The notes beneath the pieces were generated by a model. That model was given only the letters and a program-made list of their open reading frames with translations, ran no database searches and had not been told where the DNA came from. DNA of 52,891 bases from Girardia tigrina. Taxonomy: Eukaryota. Position numbers and translations under genes: made by a program. Positions 24,453-37,214 of the stretch are shown here, piece by piece. The DNA lies in contig MQRK01214009.1 in NCBI GenBank assembly GCA_001938485.1, positions 1-52,891 on the forward strand. The letters are read 5' to 3'. Within the stretch, counting starts at the first letter, position 1, and every line of letters begins with the position of its first letter.

Positions 24453-25544
24453 TTAGGTGTAAAACTTAGTTTTTTGGATTTTTTGCAGAACAGACAAGTT
24501 TATTTATATGACATAATAAGTTTTATTCTAATCAAAATATTTTCCATCGCTAATTATGACTTTCGACCATCTTTCAGGCAAATTATGAATTCCATCGAAA
24601 AAAAAGTTTTGGTCTTTTGATGCGATCCATTTTTCCAGCCATTATTTCTGAAGTGCTGGTCCCGAAGAGCGCTTTGCATTGATCGGAACACATGATAATC
24701 TGATGGGACACAATCTGGTGAATAGGCAGCATGTGGTAGAATTTCCCATTTAAGTGCTTCCAACGTGTTTTTTACTTGTTTTGCGACATGTGGCCGAGCA
24801 TTGTCATGGAGCAAAATCACTGTGCGCTGTTTGTTGACTGGAAAATGACGTTTTTCCTTCAATGCATCGTTCAATTTCATTAACTATTGTTGGCAACGTT
24901 CTGCATTAACAGTTTCATTCTAATTCAGCAGCTCATAGTACAGTACACCTTTCTGATCCCACCAAATGCACAACATAACCTTGCTTCCATGAATGTTTCT
25001 TTTTGCTGTTGATGTGGACGGTNNNNNNNNNNNNNNNNNNNNNNNNNNNNNNNNNNNNNNNNNNNNNNNNNNNNNNNNNNNNNNNNNNNNNNNNNNNNNN
25101 NNNNNNNNNNNNNNNNNNNNNNNNNNNNNNNNNNNNNNNNNNNNNNNNNNNNNNNNNNNNNNNNNNNNNNNNNNNNNNNNNNNNNNNNNNNNNNNNNNNN
25201 NNNNNNACTTTTGAAACGTTTATACCAGTTCTCGCAAGTCTGTTGAGTTGGTGCATGTTGACCATAAATTTCTTCAAGAAGCCGAAAACTGTCTGCAGCT
25301 TTTTTCTTTTGATTAAAGCAAAACAATAGTGCTTCCCGCAAATGCTGTTTCGTTGGTATGAAAGTTGTCATGCTAAAACGTGATTAAAAATATATTTATG
25401 ACGCATTTAATGTCAATGACCTACTTAATTTTAATGCCTCAATTTCAGCACTTTAAAAATCTGTACGTACGACTGTAAAATAATGCTTATTACAAAGGTT
25501 ACACCATTTCTTAGAAAATCCAAAAAACTAAGTTATACACCTAA
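24453..25544 (-). mobile_element. Mariner element, mauritiana (Mos1-like) subfamily
   Basis: 30-bp TIRs TTAGGTGTA(A/T)AACTTAGTTTTTTGGATTTT with one mismatch; TA TSD on both sides. Confidence 0.95.
24528..25371 (-). pseudogene. Mos1-like mariner transposase (stop, frameshifts, N-gap)
   Basis: MTTFIPTKQHLREALLFCFNQKKKAADSFRLL...WYKRFKS; LLHDNARPH; HAAYSPDCVPSDYHVFRSM; ends GKYFD*. Confidence 0.92.
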
Positions 25545-25699
25545 TAGATACATCAAAAGAAAAATAAATATTATAATAAATAATAAAAATTAACGTAGTT
25601 TAATAAAATGTTCATTTGAAAAAAAAGTTTCAAAAAATGTATTTAACAGAATTGTCATAGGAATGTATTCCCGAACCTAACTCAATCTTTTTCTACATT

Positions 25700-27040
25700 C
25701 TATGGAAACAACTAAAATGCTAGAGTTAGTTAATGTACCTTGGCAACGGTTTTCCAAGGCGATTCATCTTGAATTTAGTCTCTGATTAAATTTCACCGTA
25801 AAAAATAAAGCGTAACTTATATTTCTCATAAATACTAAAAACATATTCAAGTAACGTTCTTAAAGTAACCCCGCAAAACTTTACATTTCTTTTTTGTAAC
25901 TGACAAGTTCATTTGCAAAAGGGAGATCGAACAAAGTTGCAGAAACTACCAAGGGAGATGTGAAATAAGCCTTCACATAAATTTGCATTGCAGAGTTCTA
26001 AATATTTCTAATGTCCCACTAGTCTACTTCTGTTAACACAAATAGCTGTCGAAACAAACCAATATTTTGAGAGGAGACCACCTTAGCATTCATCTCACTC
26101 ACTGAAGGTAGCAGAACTTTAAATGAGACTACTGTTGTCGGAATTTCTGTTAATTTATGATTACCAAATGTAAAAGTTTCTGGTAATTGTACTACCATTG
26201 ATTCTGGAACAGCTAGTGTATACATTAAGTGAATATTTTATTGGCAAACACCTTCAAATACTTTTAATTCAAATATTGTGGAACATATTTAATGTATTTT
26301 AACTCCTTTAGCTTAATGTTTAATAAATTTTATAAATTATTGACATTCTCTGGATTTGCTTAGAAATACAGTTGCCTGGACATTGACACATCATTAAAAG
26401 GACAACAACAGACAAAATGATTTCTAGTATGTTATAAGCGACATGTTGACCAAAGCTTGTATATCTATAAATTTGCTTAAGAAAGTGCATGCCACATATT
26501 GCGAGTCTGTATTGGCTGACATCATGCCTAATTCCATGTACTTCAGTTGATCACTAATGAGCCACGCCACCAATGCTTCTATCATCCTTGACGGAAGCTT
26601 CCGAGCATCAAGTATTTGATTCACACTTTCTCCTAACCCTTTGATAAGAAGATCTTCCATGGTTTCTGTTCTAGTTATATCTTATATCTTTGCATGTTAA
26701 TGACTGTGTAAAGACTCATGTGTTAAAAATCTCTTTTTATGTTTTTTGCTGTCTTTAGTTCGGTAATTTTTTCTTTATCAATCGAAGAAGAATTAATGTT
26801 AAAATTATGGGATATGATTAAGCCAATGTAGTTGGGGAGTCAACACAAGTGCTACATTGCGATTGTCTAGTTTTTCGATGTGAAGACTAAGCGGGAATCT
26901 GTTTCTAATTAATTTCTTTGTGCAACATTTTTGTAATGTTAAATATGAGGTAGGTTGGTAGACTTAGAACTGGAAAATAATCTTTTTTCTGGTTTAATAT
27001 TTGCTTTTAAAATGTTCGTAATTAATCTGTAGCTCATATT
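25700..27040 (-). mobile_element. Old hATm-like transposase relic
   Basis: Degenerate SANTDSQYVACTFL (NTG...GAC motif) and IYVKAYFTSPLVVSATLFDLPF (IYVKAWF...AP.NDL motif). Confidence 0.45.
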
Positions 27041-27709
27041 ATAAAAATAAAGGTATTTCAAGATATGTAACAAGGCTGATAGAGACCCATAAACATTATC
27101 CAATTAATTTTAAATAACAGGGAACATGTGTTTTTTTATCAAAGTTAACCAAATGAAGGTGTCTCCATTGAAAAAATTCAATGTCAACTGTGAGTGCCGA
27201 TCCCGGTCAGTTCACTATCGTTCGACATCAATAAAATAGATTCACTTTAAAAAAGAATAACTGTAACGAATTAATCATATATATATATATATATATATAT
27301 ATTTAATTTTATTATTAAAAGTATTAAAAGTAAAAAAAAAATCTTTATATATATATTTANNNNNNNNNNNNNNNNNNNNNNNNNNNNNNNNNNNNNNNNN
27401 NNNNNNNNNTATATATTTATAAAATTTATTGTAATTTTTATATTTAAAATATATTTATTTTATATTTTATATATATTTTTTATATATATATTATTTTATA
27501 TATATTTATAAAATTTATTGTAATTTTTTATTACAAATTTTTAAATTGTAATTATTTGAATTTCTGGAAAAAAAATTAATTAATGATTTGTTTAAATAAT
27601 ATGATTGTAAATTATAAAAGTTTGAATGTCGATTAAAAATAAACAGTTGTGATTGAATTTCGAGTTTTCAATTTTGAATATAATTAGTAATTGAAATTAG
27701 AATTTTCTG

Positions 27710-28479
27710 ATGGCATTATTTTCTCCGACAAATCAAAAGCGATTGACAAATGTTTCCGATGTGAAATTAATCGTAAAAACCGATAGAAAGCGTCAGCGAT
27801 TTGAAACAGCGTATTATCCGAATAAAGTGATCGTTTGGCGACAAAAACTTGAATTTCAAATTCAAACTCTGCAAAATGAGCTGATTTTCACGAATGTGTC
27901 GAAAGCGGAAATCGTGAGCAAACGCAATAAAATAATTGAAAGACGCTTTTCAAACGACGAATATTTTGGATATTTGTAAAATTATATTGGAGAATGCAGA
28001 GCTCCAATTGAGGGACAAAAAGAGACAATTTGGGATGGATAATTTAATTAAAGATGTCACAAAAATTCTGACTAGTAAAACGTTGAATCCGAGTACAAAA
28101 CTATGCTTTCCACCGGGTGGGATAAAGAAAATGATTCACGATTGTCACATCAATTTGAAACCGAATAAATCTACAAAACAACAATCTCTCGACGTTATTC
28201 GAATGTTGATAAAGAAATTGAATGTGCAGATTGATGTCGCTCTTTCATCTGTCAACATTATTGTGACACGAAAACAAATTAAATCAATCAGACGAGAATT
28301 ATTGTGAAAATATTTTCTCAGAGTTGCCACAAGAGCACGATTTAAAGATGGAGGCGATTTTCGATCCGAAAAATTATGATTTATTCAAAGAAAATTTCAA
28401 AACGAATTGCACAATCGAATTACACAAAAATGCAACAACAATAATTCGATTAAAAACGGTTCCAAAATTTATTATTTAA
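27710..28479 (+). pseudogene. SBDS: Intronless SBDS/Sdo1 ribosome maturation factor pseudogene
   Basis: MALFSPTNQKRLTNV...RFETAYYPNKV..WR...IFTNVSK; after a frameshift near 27930, AFQTTNILDICKIIL...NPSTK...KPNKSTKQQSLDVIR; TGA at 28305; second frameshift to IFDPKNYD...IEL. Confidence 0.9.
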
Positions 28480-28904
28480 AAAAATCACTCCACAATATTC
28501 GAATATTTAAACAAAAATATTTTTTTGTTGTTCATATATTTTTTAGAACCCGTTGATTAATTTTCTTAATTTTAGACATAATGATTTTAATTTATAAATA
28601 TTAATCTTGTAAATATTAATATTGATTTTATGTATTATTTATTTACGGATTATTTCAAGATATTTTTTATTATTAAAAATCGAAATTTTAAAATAATTCT
28701 ATTTTAAATATCTCACATCAACAAAAACCACTACCCAAGACACACACTTGAATACTGGGTTAATAATGCATTTCGGCATAATTGTCAGTCAATTGAGCGG
28801 TAAGTAAGAATGATGAAAATAATTACTTGAATACATATAAATAAAATCCTCAGTTATAACAATTTTTGTAATATTAATAAGCTGAATTAAAAGAAATATT
28901 TATT

Positions 28905-29790
28905 TTATTAACAACATCAATATGAGGTTTACAACATTTATTAATACCGCAAGCGCATTCACTATTTGACATCTCTCTTGATCAATATATTTCTGAGTTC
29001 AAACTAATTATTTTCAATAAATGAAAATCTGTTAATAAAATTATTAATTATAAATAAATGAAAAAATAAAATTATTAATTATTAATTAATTATCACAAAC
29101 TTCGAGAGGGGTATCTTCCAACACACAATCACACATACAGACATACATACCATTACATACACAATCACATACACATTTTTTACTTTTTAGTGAAGCACAC
29201 TGATCACCTCTCCTTGTGATCGTGCATCCTCGTTTCCCTGGTCATTCTCGTATACTTGCCTATTATCTGTACGCATTCTTTGCATCGAGTTTCCTTCATT
29301 TGATCGTGTTTCTTCATATTCGTTTTCATCATGCATTTCTGCAATATCATATCTTCGATTTTGATGCCTCTGTTGATTTCATGGGTTATTTCTTCTTTGC
29401 CATTCATTTTTCCTGGCATATTGTTCTCTTTCTTTAAATCTTTTCTTGTTCATGTAGCATTGCGTCCTGATATTTTAAATAAAATATGATATTATATTTT
29501 ATGATATAATAAAATATTTAATGTTAAAATTTGTTTTTTTACTTTAATTCTTTTAAAACGTGTTTTTATAATTTTGTTTTTCAACTGAAATCTTATATAT
29601 TGTTTTTTAATTTTGCGTTGTTTTTTAAAAAAAATCATTTTTAATATGTTATTATTTTAGAAAATTTAAAAATAAGTTTTATTAGCAACATCAATATGAG
29701 GTTTACAACATTTATTAATACCACAAGCGCATTCACTGTTTGACATCTGTCTTGAGTTTCATCCTAATTTTTAAAAAAACAAATGGAAAA
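28905..29790. repeat. Pair of diverged direct repeats (cores about 28912-28980 and 29687-29755) flanking a Gypsy scrap
   Basis: CAACATCAATATGAGGTTTACAACATTTATTAATACCRCAAGCGCATTCACTRTTTGACATCTSTCTTGA occurs twice with 3 differences in the core. Confidence 0.85.
29090..29465 (-). mobile_element. Gypsy gag-pol junction fragment with a -1 frameshift signal
   Basis: gag-like tail ...NDQGNEDARSQGEVISVLH* is similar to EEVIGAIH* at about 51730; slippery G GGA AAC plus hairpin. Confidence 0.65.
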
Positions 29791-30807
29791 TATTTTTAAT
29801 ATTAATTATTTATCAAAACTCTAATTGGTTAAATTCAAATCTAAATATTTATAAAAAAAGTGCCAATTGAATTAATATATTAAAATTTTAAATTACATTA
29901 AAAATTAAATATCACATTCTAAAATTTAAATATTACATTTGAAAAATATATAAAAAATTTTTATTAAAATTTTTTTTGAAGCTTTTAAAAATGACTTCAG
30001 GTTTGTAATAATCAATAATACAAACATATGTGTTTGGACAATGAGGCATTTCTGGGAGATTGATTATTCATTTTATTGATAATTTCTTAATTTTCTTTAG
30101 GGAGCAGGTGTCAGTTGTTATTCCACCAGATGCTTTTACGCACCCCATGAAATTTGACCCATTAACTGAGATATAAACAAAAAAGAGTTATTTTCGTCGG
30201 ATCTTTTATCAAGCTTGCATAGTTAAAAAATGACCTTCAAAGTCCACTATTTTTTCGAGAATGCCATTAACGGTTTTTGGAATTTACTTTGTTAACCGTG
30301 GAATAAGTTATTGCTTTACTTGTCACAGATTTCGAAAACAGGAATATTCATGAAGCATTGAGAATATGATGGCATACATATAATCACTTTAAAATTTAAT
30401 AAATAAAAATAACATGTAACGTAATGCGTTCAATATATTCGATTAATTTCTATAACAAAAAAATGTGTTCATGTCCATGGAAGTTGGCTATTATGTATGA
30501 TGAAATATTTCTTTATTTCAAGTTAAATTGCGGTAATTGGGCCATATTTTGGTCTTACTAGGACTTTAGTGAGCGCATAAATTTTGGAATTCTTAAAACT
30601 TAACGCTTCAAACATTTTAAAGATATTTCATAAAAAAATTTATTATTGTAGGATTTAAAAATATTTAATTAAATTAGATTTTAAAAATTACCATGAAAAA
30701 CCTTTAAAATTAAAATCATTGTATTTCATTTTATTTATAGGGGTTCCCGTTCAAATGAATAAGTTTAGCAACCAAATGAATAAGTGCTGCAATCAATTGC
30801 ATTTTAA

Positions 30808-30881
30808 CACTTTGAGTGCGACATGACGCAGACGTCTGCGTCATATGAGTATTACATATGAATATCACTGGACTCAAAGTG
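30808..30881. mobile_element. 74-bp piggyBac-type mini-MITE
   Basis: TTAA|CACTTTGAGT...ACTCAAAGTG|TTAA; perfect 22-bp palindrome ATGACGCAGACGTCTGCGTCAT at 30823-30844. Confidence 0.8.
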
Positions 30882-31457
30882 TTAAATCTGTTTTTATAGT
30901 AATTCATATTATTTTTATCTTGTTTAGCAAATATGTTACTGACATAAATTTTGTAATAATCTTCTTTTTAAATTGTAAAAAACATACAAACTCGTGTTTC
31001 AATTACTTTTAATTTCAATGATTTAAAAAATGTTATCGTGTATCAAATCTTAAATTAATATAGAATCCGAATTAATTTTTTCAATTTTAAATCAATAAAA
31101 AATACTCATAACACATGAAACTTTAAACCAAATGTTCGGGATTCAATTATCGTTATTTATTGTTAATACCAATTAATTATCTATATCTATATGTATATAT
31201 ATGAATATATTTAAAGGATCCCGCGTTCTCTTTCTCATTCGCCTTAAAAAACTAGAGACGGAACTTTTGTGATTACTCTAATTGTTTTTTTGTTTTTCTT
31301 TTTTTATGATGAAATTTTTGTAAATTTTAGTTAAAAAATTAATTTTAATGTTTTTTTGAAAAGATCAAAGCGGAAGGAATGGAAATGTAAAAAAACTATT
31401 TTCAACAAAAAATTAATTGAATTAGGCGAAGAAATGAATGTTGTTTAAATACATCGG

Positions 31458-32000
31458 TTGATATTGAAAGATGAAAATTTAAATAAAAATAAATGGTTGA
31501 TCGAAATTATCTTTGCTTATCGTTTTCTTGTTCTTTATCATTTTCTTTGGAGTTTTATCGAGATGAAACGAATCAGTGATTTGAATAACAAATTCGACAG
31601 TGTCTCGAGAAAAACCGGGCTCTACCAATGCATATATTTCAGTATTTACGAGCCACAAATCGACGATCTGATTGCCGCATACCGCAGGTGTCTCTCTCGC
31701 TTAATCGAGACTTGCCACAAGAAATTCGATCTGATTTTTCTATTTAGCTGTATCCTGCAGCGACTGGTAAATGAGTACTGGCTCACGGATGCGAGCAAAG
31801 CGAATAAATTCTTTGATGACATTTCGTGGTTGATTTCCGTGTGGTCAAACGAGACCGATGAGGATTTACAGTTGGAAGATCTTTCGATTGACGATGTCGT
31901 TTCCGCTAATTACAAATATTCGATGAAAAATATCGATTTAGAAAAAGAAGATCACGAGCATCAAATCAAATTAAAACGGGCCCAGCACAACGAGAAAGTT
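31458..32000 (+). pseudogene. Unidentified host-like ORF (about 180 aa), truncated at about 32000 by GC-richer sequence
   Basis: Long open frame with protein-like composition. The ORF-track start is TTG; no recognised motif. Confidence 0.4.
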
Positions 32001-33387
32001 TCCCTGCGTAACCCTGTTACCTCCGTCCGATTCTCGGGGTAACCTGAGTGTCGGGCGGATCACCAAACCTGTCATTTTAATTGCAACCATGCAACTATTA
32101 TTACTTCTTGTACTAGGCTTTAATAGTTCATAACATTTCTAATTTTTTGGTGAATACTCCTTTTTTATCATTTTTTAAAATTTTGATTATCCAAAATTTC
32201 TTACTCAAATCACTCAGCAAATAATTTAGAAATAAATTTGGATTCATCTCAATCTACCAATCAACGATTAATAATTTCATGACTTCGCTGTTAAAATTTT
32301 AGGATACTTCATCTCATACCATATACAATCTACACTTGTAATCCTAGAATAGTTTCTAATGATTTGTTCGATAATCGGAGTGGTTTAAAATGTAAATGAA
32401 ATCCTTCTTTCTTTTTTTCTGTCTGTTTGATTCTATTTCTGGTAACCGTGAACCGGGCATACCATTTCCAATAGGCAATAGGGCGAAAAATCCACATTTT
32501 TGAGACATTTGAGAATTATAATTCAGAATGGGTCCGAATAAACTTGATGATTTTAATTATTTAGTGACGTTTCATTTGTGCATGTTCTGACTGTTATGTT
32601 TATTTAATTTTAATTTATTTTGATATTATGTAAATTAAAAAAAGAAAGAAAAAATATAATTCAAAGAAATGAATCAAAATTTTAAACAAATTTAAAGGAA
32701 AGATATTATGTAAAATATTATGTTAAAAGTAATTAAAACAGTTTTTAGTGAATTAATGATGAATTAAATGTTATGAAAATCGTGTTTAAGTGTTTGGTTG
32801 AGCGGAAGAAGTTTTTGTTTGAAATAAATCGTTTAAGTTGTTTTATGTTTTTAATTGCATTTGCTAGAAATACTTTCATATTAGCAATGAGTGTAGTTCG
32901 AAATTTGATTATTTTCAAAGAAAATATTCTCAAACCGGAAATAAGTGGTAACATATATCCTGAAATTGAATTTCAAATTTTCATGGAAATGATCGATAAA
33001 AGCAATATGTAGCTAGTTGAGAATACCAGAACATTGAATTATTTTGCGAATAGGAATTTCTGTGATTCATTCGATTGTAAATAATTTACTGTGGCGACTG
33101 CAAATTGAGTTTAATAAAATCAATGTTGGTGCTGGAAAGACACTGAAATGTTGAGTTTTGAAATTGAATAAATTTTTATTGATTTTTAACGATATAAAAA
33201 ATCCAATTCGATAATTATCGACTCGCGTCAAATTCGATTGACTTTAATTTACCTTCGATACCAAGTTTACAATTTTTATTTTCGACCTTTCGGTTGATTT
33301 GATCGGACGCGCCATTATTCAATCGCTTCGTTTCAAATCGATTATTTCCATGTCGATAAATTCTTTCATCTTTAATTTTAAATCGAT

Positions 33388-33813
33388 TTTTTGTTTAAAT
33401 AACTTCAAGGTCTGTGCATCGGTTCTCCAAAATCAGGAACGCCTAACCCTAATAATAATAGTAAACTGTCTTTTAAAAGCGTTGATGCTTTTAGGGCGAA
33501 ATGAGAGAAATGTTTGAAATGATTTTGTTATTTTCTCTCATTATTATGCATACTTCTACATGCAAATGTAATATTGTGCTGTTGATGAAATTCTATTTGG
33601 AATCAATTTAAATGTTTTGTTCTGATTTTAAATAAAAATTTTAATCAACAGACAACAATTTATCAATATGCACGATTCTGAATGTATTTGAAATTTTTTG
33701 ATGCTTTTTTTTTTAACAACGCTTTTAAAAGACAGTTTACTATTATTATTAGGGTTAGGCGTTCCTGATTTTGGAGAACCGGTGCACATACCTTGAAGTT
33801 ATTTAAACAAAAA
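33388..33813. repeat. 97-bp inverted duplication (33388-33484 / 33717-33813)
   Basis: The arms are reverse complements with 2 mismatches and include the hAT-like end TAGGGTTAGGCGTTCC. Confidence 0.92.
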
Positions 33814-35570
33814 CTGTCATTTTATCAAAATATTAAAATACTTTTTTAGTTTTCTGAAACACTACACATTACATTTTAGGTTACATGCTAATTACAGTAT
33901 AATTATACAAATACAATAATAACAGTAATAATGTTAATAATGATACAAGTAAACATAAGGTGACAAACACATTTTCATTACAAATTACAGTTTAAAAATG
34001 TCAAAAGTTAAACAGTCTTAGGTGCTAAACAATTCAGTTGCGCTATTACGATATTTTATGTTACTGAAAATACACGTTCAGAAGGAATACTGGTAGCGGG
34101 TATAGATAAATATTTTCTAACAGAAGATGAAATAATCAGGAAATGATTAGCATTTTCTTGCCTCCATAATGTTTGTATCTTGCATATTTTGATTCAGCGG
34201 CTCCATAAGGTAATACTTCATTTGATTAAACATTCATAGGTTACACGTTCTGAATTATTTGTCGTATTTTTTTCCGTAGAGTTTTGATATCAAGTCGTTC
34301 ATGGGTGAGTTTCGTAAACTTAGTTGAAAATTCATATTCTTCAAAATTATCACTAACATTAATTATATGTATTAATTCAAGTTTCTATTGTTGAAGTAGA
34401 ATTTTTATGAAATTATTAATTATCCGGTTTTTTGTTCCTCCTGAAGGAATGAAAGACTTCTGAATCATAGATTCAAAAGAGTTGCAATGCCCATTGGTAT
34501 GTCCAGAGTTTCATTTCTTAGATAACGTATTTTTAAGTCAATAGTCATTGCTGGACAAACATTTTTGCTATTTATTCCGAATTTTCTGTTTGCTGAGTTG
34601 TTTCTTTGAAAAGATGATGAACACAAAAGTAATATTAAAAATGTAGTAACATTTTACGCCACGTATGCTTCTGTTATTAATTTCCAAGGTTTTAGAATTG
34701 ATAGAAATTTCAACAAACAATATTTTATGGCCTTTTTTATAAAACTGTAGAACTACAGAAATGGAAAGTTTCTATTCCAATAAACAGTCTAACATGTCAA
34801 TCGAAGTGTTACATCTAGTTATGGATTTTTGAATCAACTTATGTTGAAAACTTCAAGGTTTTTTTTGCTAAATTTTTAAAGTTTAAGTAACTATAGCACT
34901 GTGTTTAAAATTTCAAACCAACTTCCGGCACTTCTCCAGTAAATCTTCAACATAATCTACTCCTTTTGTTACAAATAACTGCATCGAATGTGCGAAGCAA
35001 GATTGAAAGTCGATTCAATACAGTCTTTAGTAGTTGAAGAAGGGTAGTTTAACTCACTATTGATTCAATACGATCCTTATAAACACTTGCTAAGCATGTC
35101 TAAATATTTTGCTGATTATTTAATCTAATAAATGTTGTTGGTCAACTGCTCGTCCTTAAAATTGATAAAACAATTAACGAAATTTTTAAAGTAGTCAACC
35201 ACCACTGTACAATTATTATAGTTATGAAAAAATAAGTGTGGTTGTTACATTAAAAAACGATTACCCTATATGGTAAATATAATAAAATACTGAATCAAGT
35301 TGGAAATGATAATTATTAAACAAAGTATTGCATGGACACTGATAAAATAGACAATCTATAAACAATCTGTAGACAATCTGTATTTTACTTTCTCAGTTTT
35401 CGGTGTGGAATTGAATGTATTTTCCTGGCAAGTAATAATATGTTTCAATTTCGAAGACTCTGTGATATTTTCAAGTTTATTGTATTTATTAACAACATCA
35501 CAATTTGAGTGTAAACATTTATTAACAACACAAACATTTTCACTGGCAATTTCTGCTGGAATCGTCATTC
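33750..35570 (-). mobile_element. hAT (Ac/ZBED1-like) transposon relic
   Basis: CFAHSMQL...LLEKCRKLV, TRCNT (TRWNS motif), dimerisation motif RKYLSIPATSIPSERVFS; TAGGG terminus at 33750. Confidence 0.85.
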
Positions 35571-35890
35571 TTGATTAATATGCTTTTTATTAGAAATTTT
35601 ATTAAAAAATTTTATTATTTTATTTTATTAGAAATTAATAAATAAAGATACATAGAAATGTTTTCGGGTGCACATGTTTGTTTATTTAAAGTAGTATTAG
35701 TTTATATATATTATTTATATTTATATTATTTATAGCCATAATTATTATTTATATTATTAGTATTATTGGTTTGTAACCCTTTACCTCGGTCTATATTTCC
35801 TAATAGATGTGATGGCGATGAGTCTATCTGTCGACAATAACTGTTATTATTATTACTACCACCGTTACAATTAATATTATTCGATCAATA

Positions 35891-36328
35891 CAGTCTCGCA
35901 TCGTTAAATTGCAACCATTTCTAACCACCTAGAAATTCCTGGAACCGTTTTAAATACTACTAAAAACCCCTTTGAACTACCATTCCCTCGAAGTCCTCCA
36001 ACCACCAATACAAAATAAGAACACAAACATATGGATCCCTCTTTATAATGCCAAAGTGAGTGCAAGATGAGTTTTTGTAAGATCCCCTTTGAAAAAAATG
36101 TAGAGATAAAGGAAGTTAGACTTGGATATTAATGTTGTAAAACGAACTACTGATGCCTTTATAATATGAATAAAATTTTAATCACATGAATTTAAAATAT
36201 TGAAAAAAAATAGGTACAATAATTCATTGAAACCTCAATAATCCGACAAAATATGGTGGTTCAAGAGGGTTTTATTAAACCGCCATTTTTTCTGGAACCA
36301 AGTGTGGTGGCTTAACGAGTTGAAACTG
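35891..36328. mobile_element. Possible pogo/Tigger-type MITE
   Basis: TA|CAGTCTCGCATCGTTAA ... TTAACGAGTTGAAACTG imperfect TIRs. Confidence 0.4.
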
Positions 36329-36469
36329 CAGTATTATTATTATACATACTGTGTTATATCGAAGGAAAACTATTACCGAGTGTGGTATTAATCGAAGAGA
36401 TCGAATAGTAACGATTTTCTTTCCTTATAACAACAAGAAATAACAAAATAAAAATTAAATAAGATTCAT

Positions 36470-36830
36470 TCAGTAAAAACGGTGTATTTGAATCTCGTAT
36501 AAAAAAAGTTCGAAACAAATGGTGCTCTCTGAATACCGCAATGATAAATCGTCCGTGAGTGAAATAGAATTATCACAACGTGAATAGATTGATAGTAAGA
36601 ACACAGTTATCAACGAACTAAAAATGAAATTATTTCTTTTTTCTTGAATAAGATTAATAGTAAATAACAAATATATAACTTCAATGGATATAATGAACCG
36701 GATAACTGTAAGAACAATCAAAACCGGATGTAACCAATTAATCGAGATAATGGATTCGGCACTAATTTTGTATCAAAAAAATGGCGAGAACGAAGAATAA
36801 TTTTGTCGGAAAACGCTGGACATATAATTT
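36470..36830 (-). pseudogene. Hydrophobic membrane-protein-like coding relic
   Basis: WLHPVLIVLTVIRFIISIEVIYLLF...FIFSSLITVFLLSI; in-frame stop upstream; family not identified. Confidence 0.3.
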
Positions 36831-37214
36831 TGGTTGATAGGTAGAATTATTTAATTTGTAATATTGATTTCAATTTGAATTTTGTATTCAAATTAAAATC
36901 TTTATCATTTAATTATATAAGTATTACTTTCTTTTATTGAAGCATAATCTTTTTCTTTTTTTTTTAATTCTGGGCTCTCATTTCTTTTCATTTACTTTCA
37001 TTCTTGAATTGATATTTCATTTGCGATAAAAAAGAACTAATATATAAAATAAAGTAAAAAACAGAAATAAATAAATAAACACAATTGATATAAAAAAAAC
37101 AACACAAAAATACCCTCAACACATCACACCTAAAAGACGGACGAATAAAATCAATGGTTACATATAAAATAATAATGTGATGCCAGACGAAACAATACAC
37201 ATACCACCAAGACA

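Noticed and set aside
27710-28479. Programmed frameshifting or tiny introns producing functional SBDS
   Set aside because: It would need two shifts plus stop readthrough. There is no GT-AG at the first break, which looks like a short A/T duplication.
29100-29190. Metallothionein-like CVCDCVC peptide on the minus strand
   Set aside because: It arises from TG-rich simple sequence in the -1 frame of the Gypsy junction.
33750-33759. Interstitial telomeric TTAGGG repeat
   Set aside because: Fewer than two full units; better explained as a hAT TAGGG terminus.
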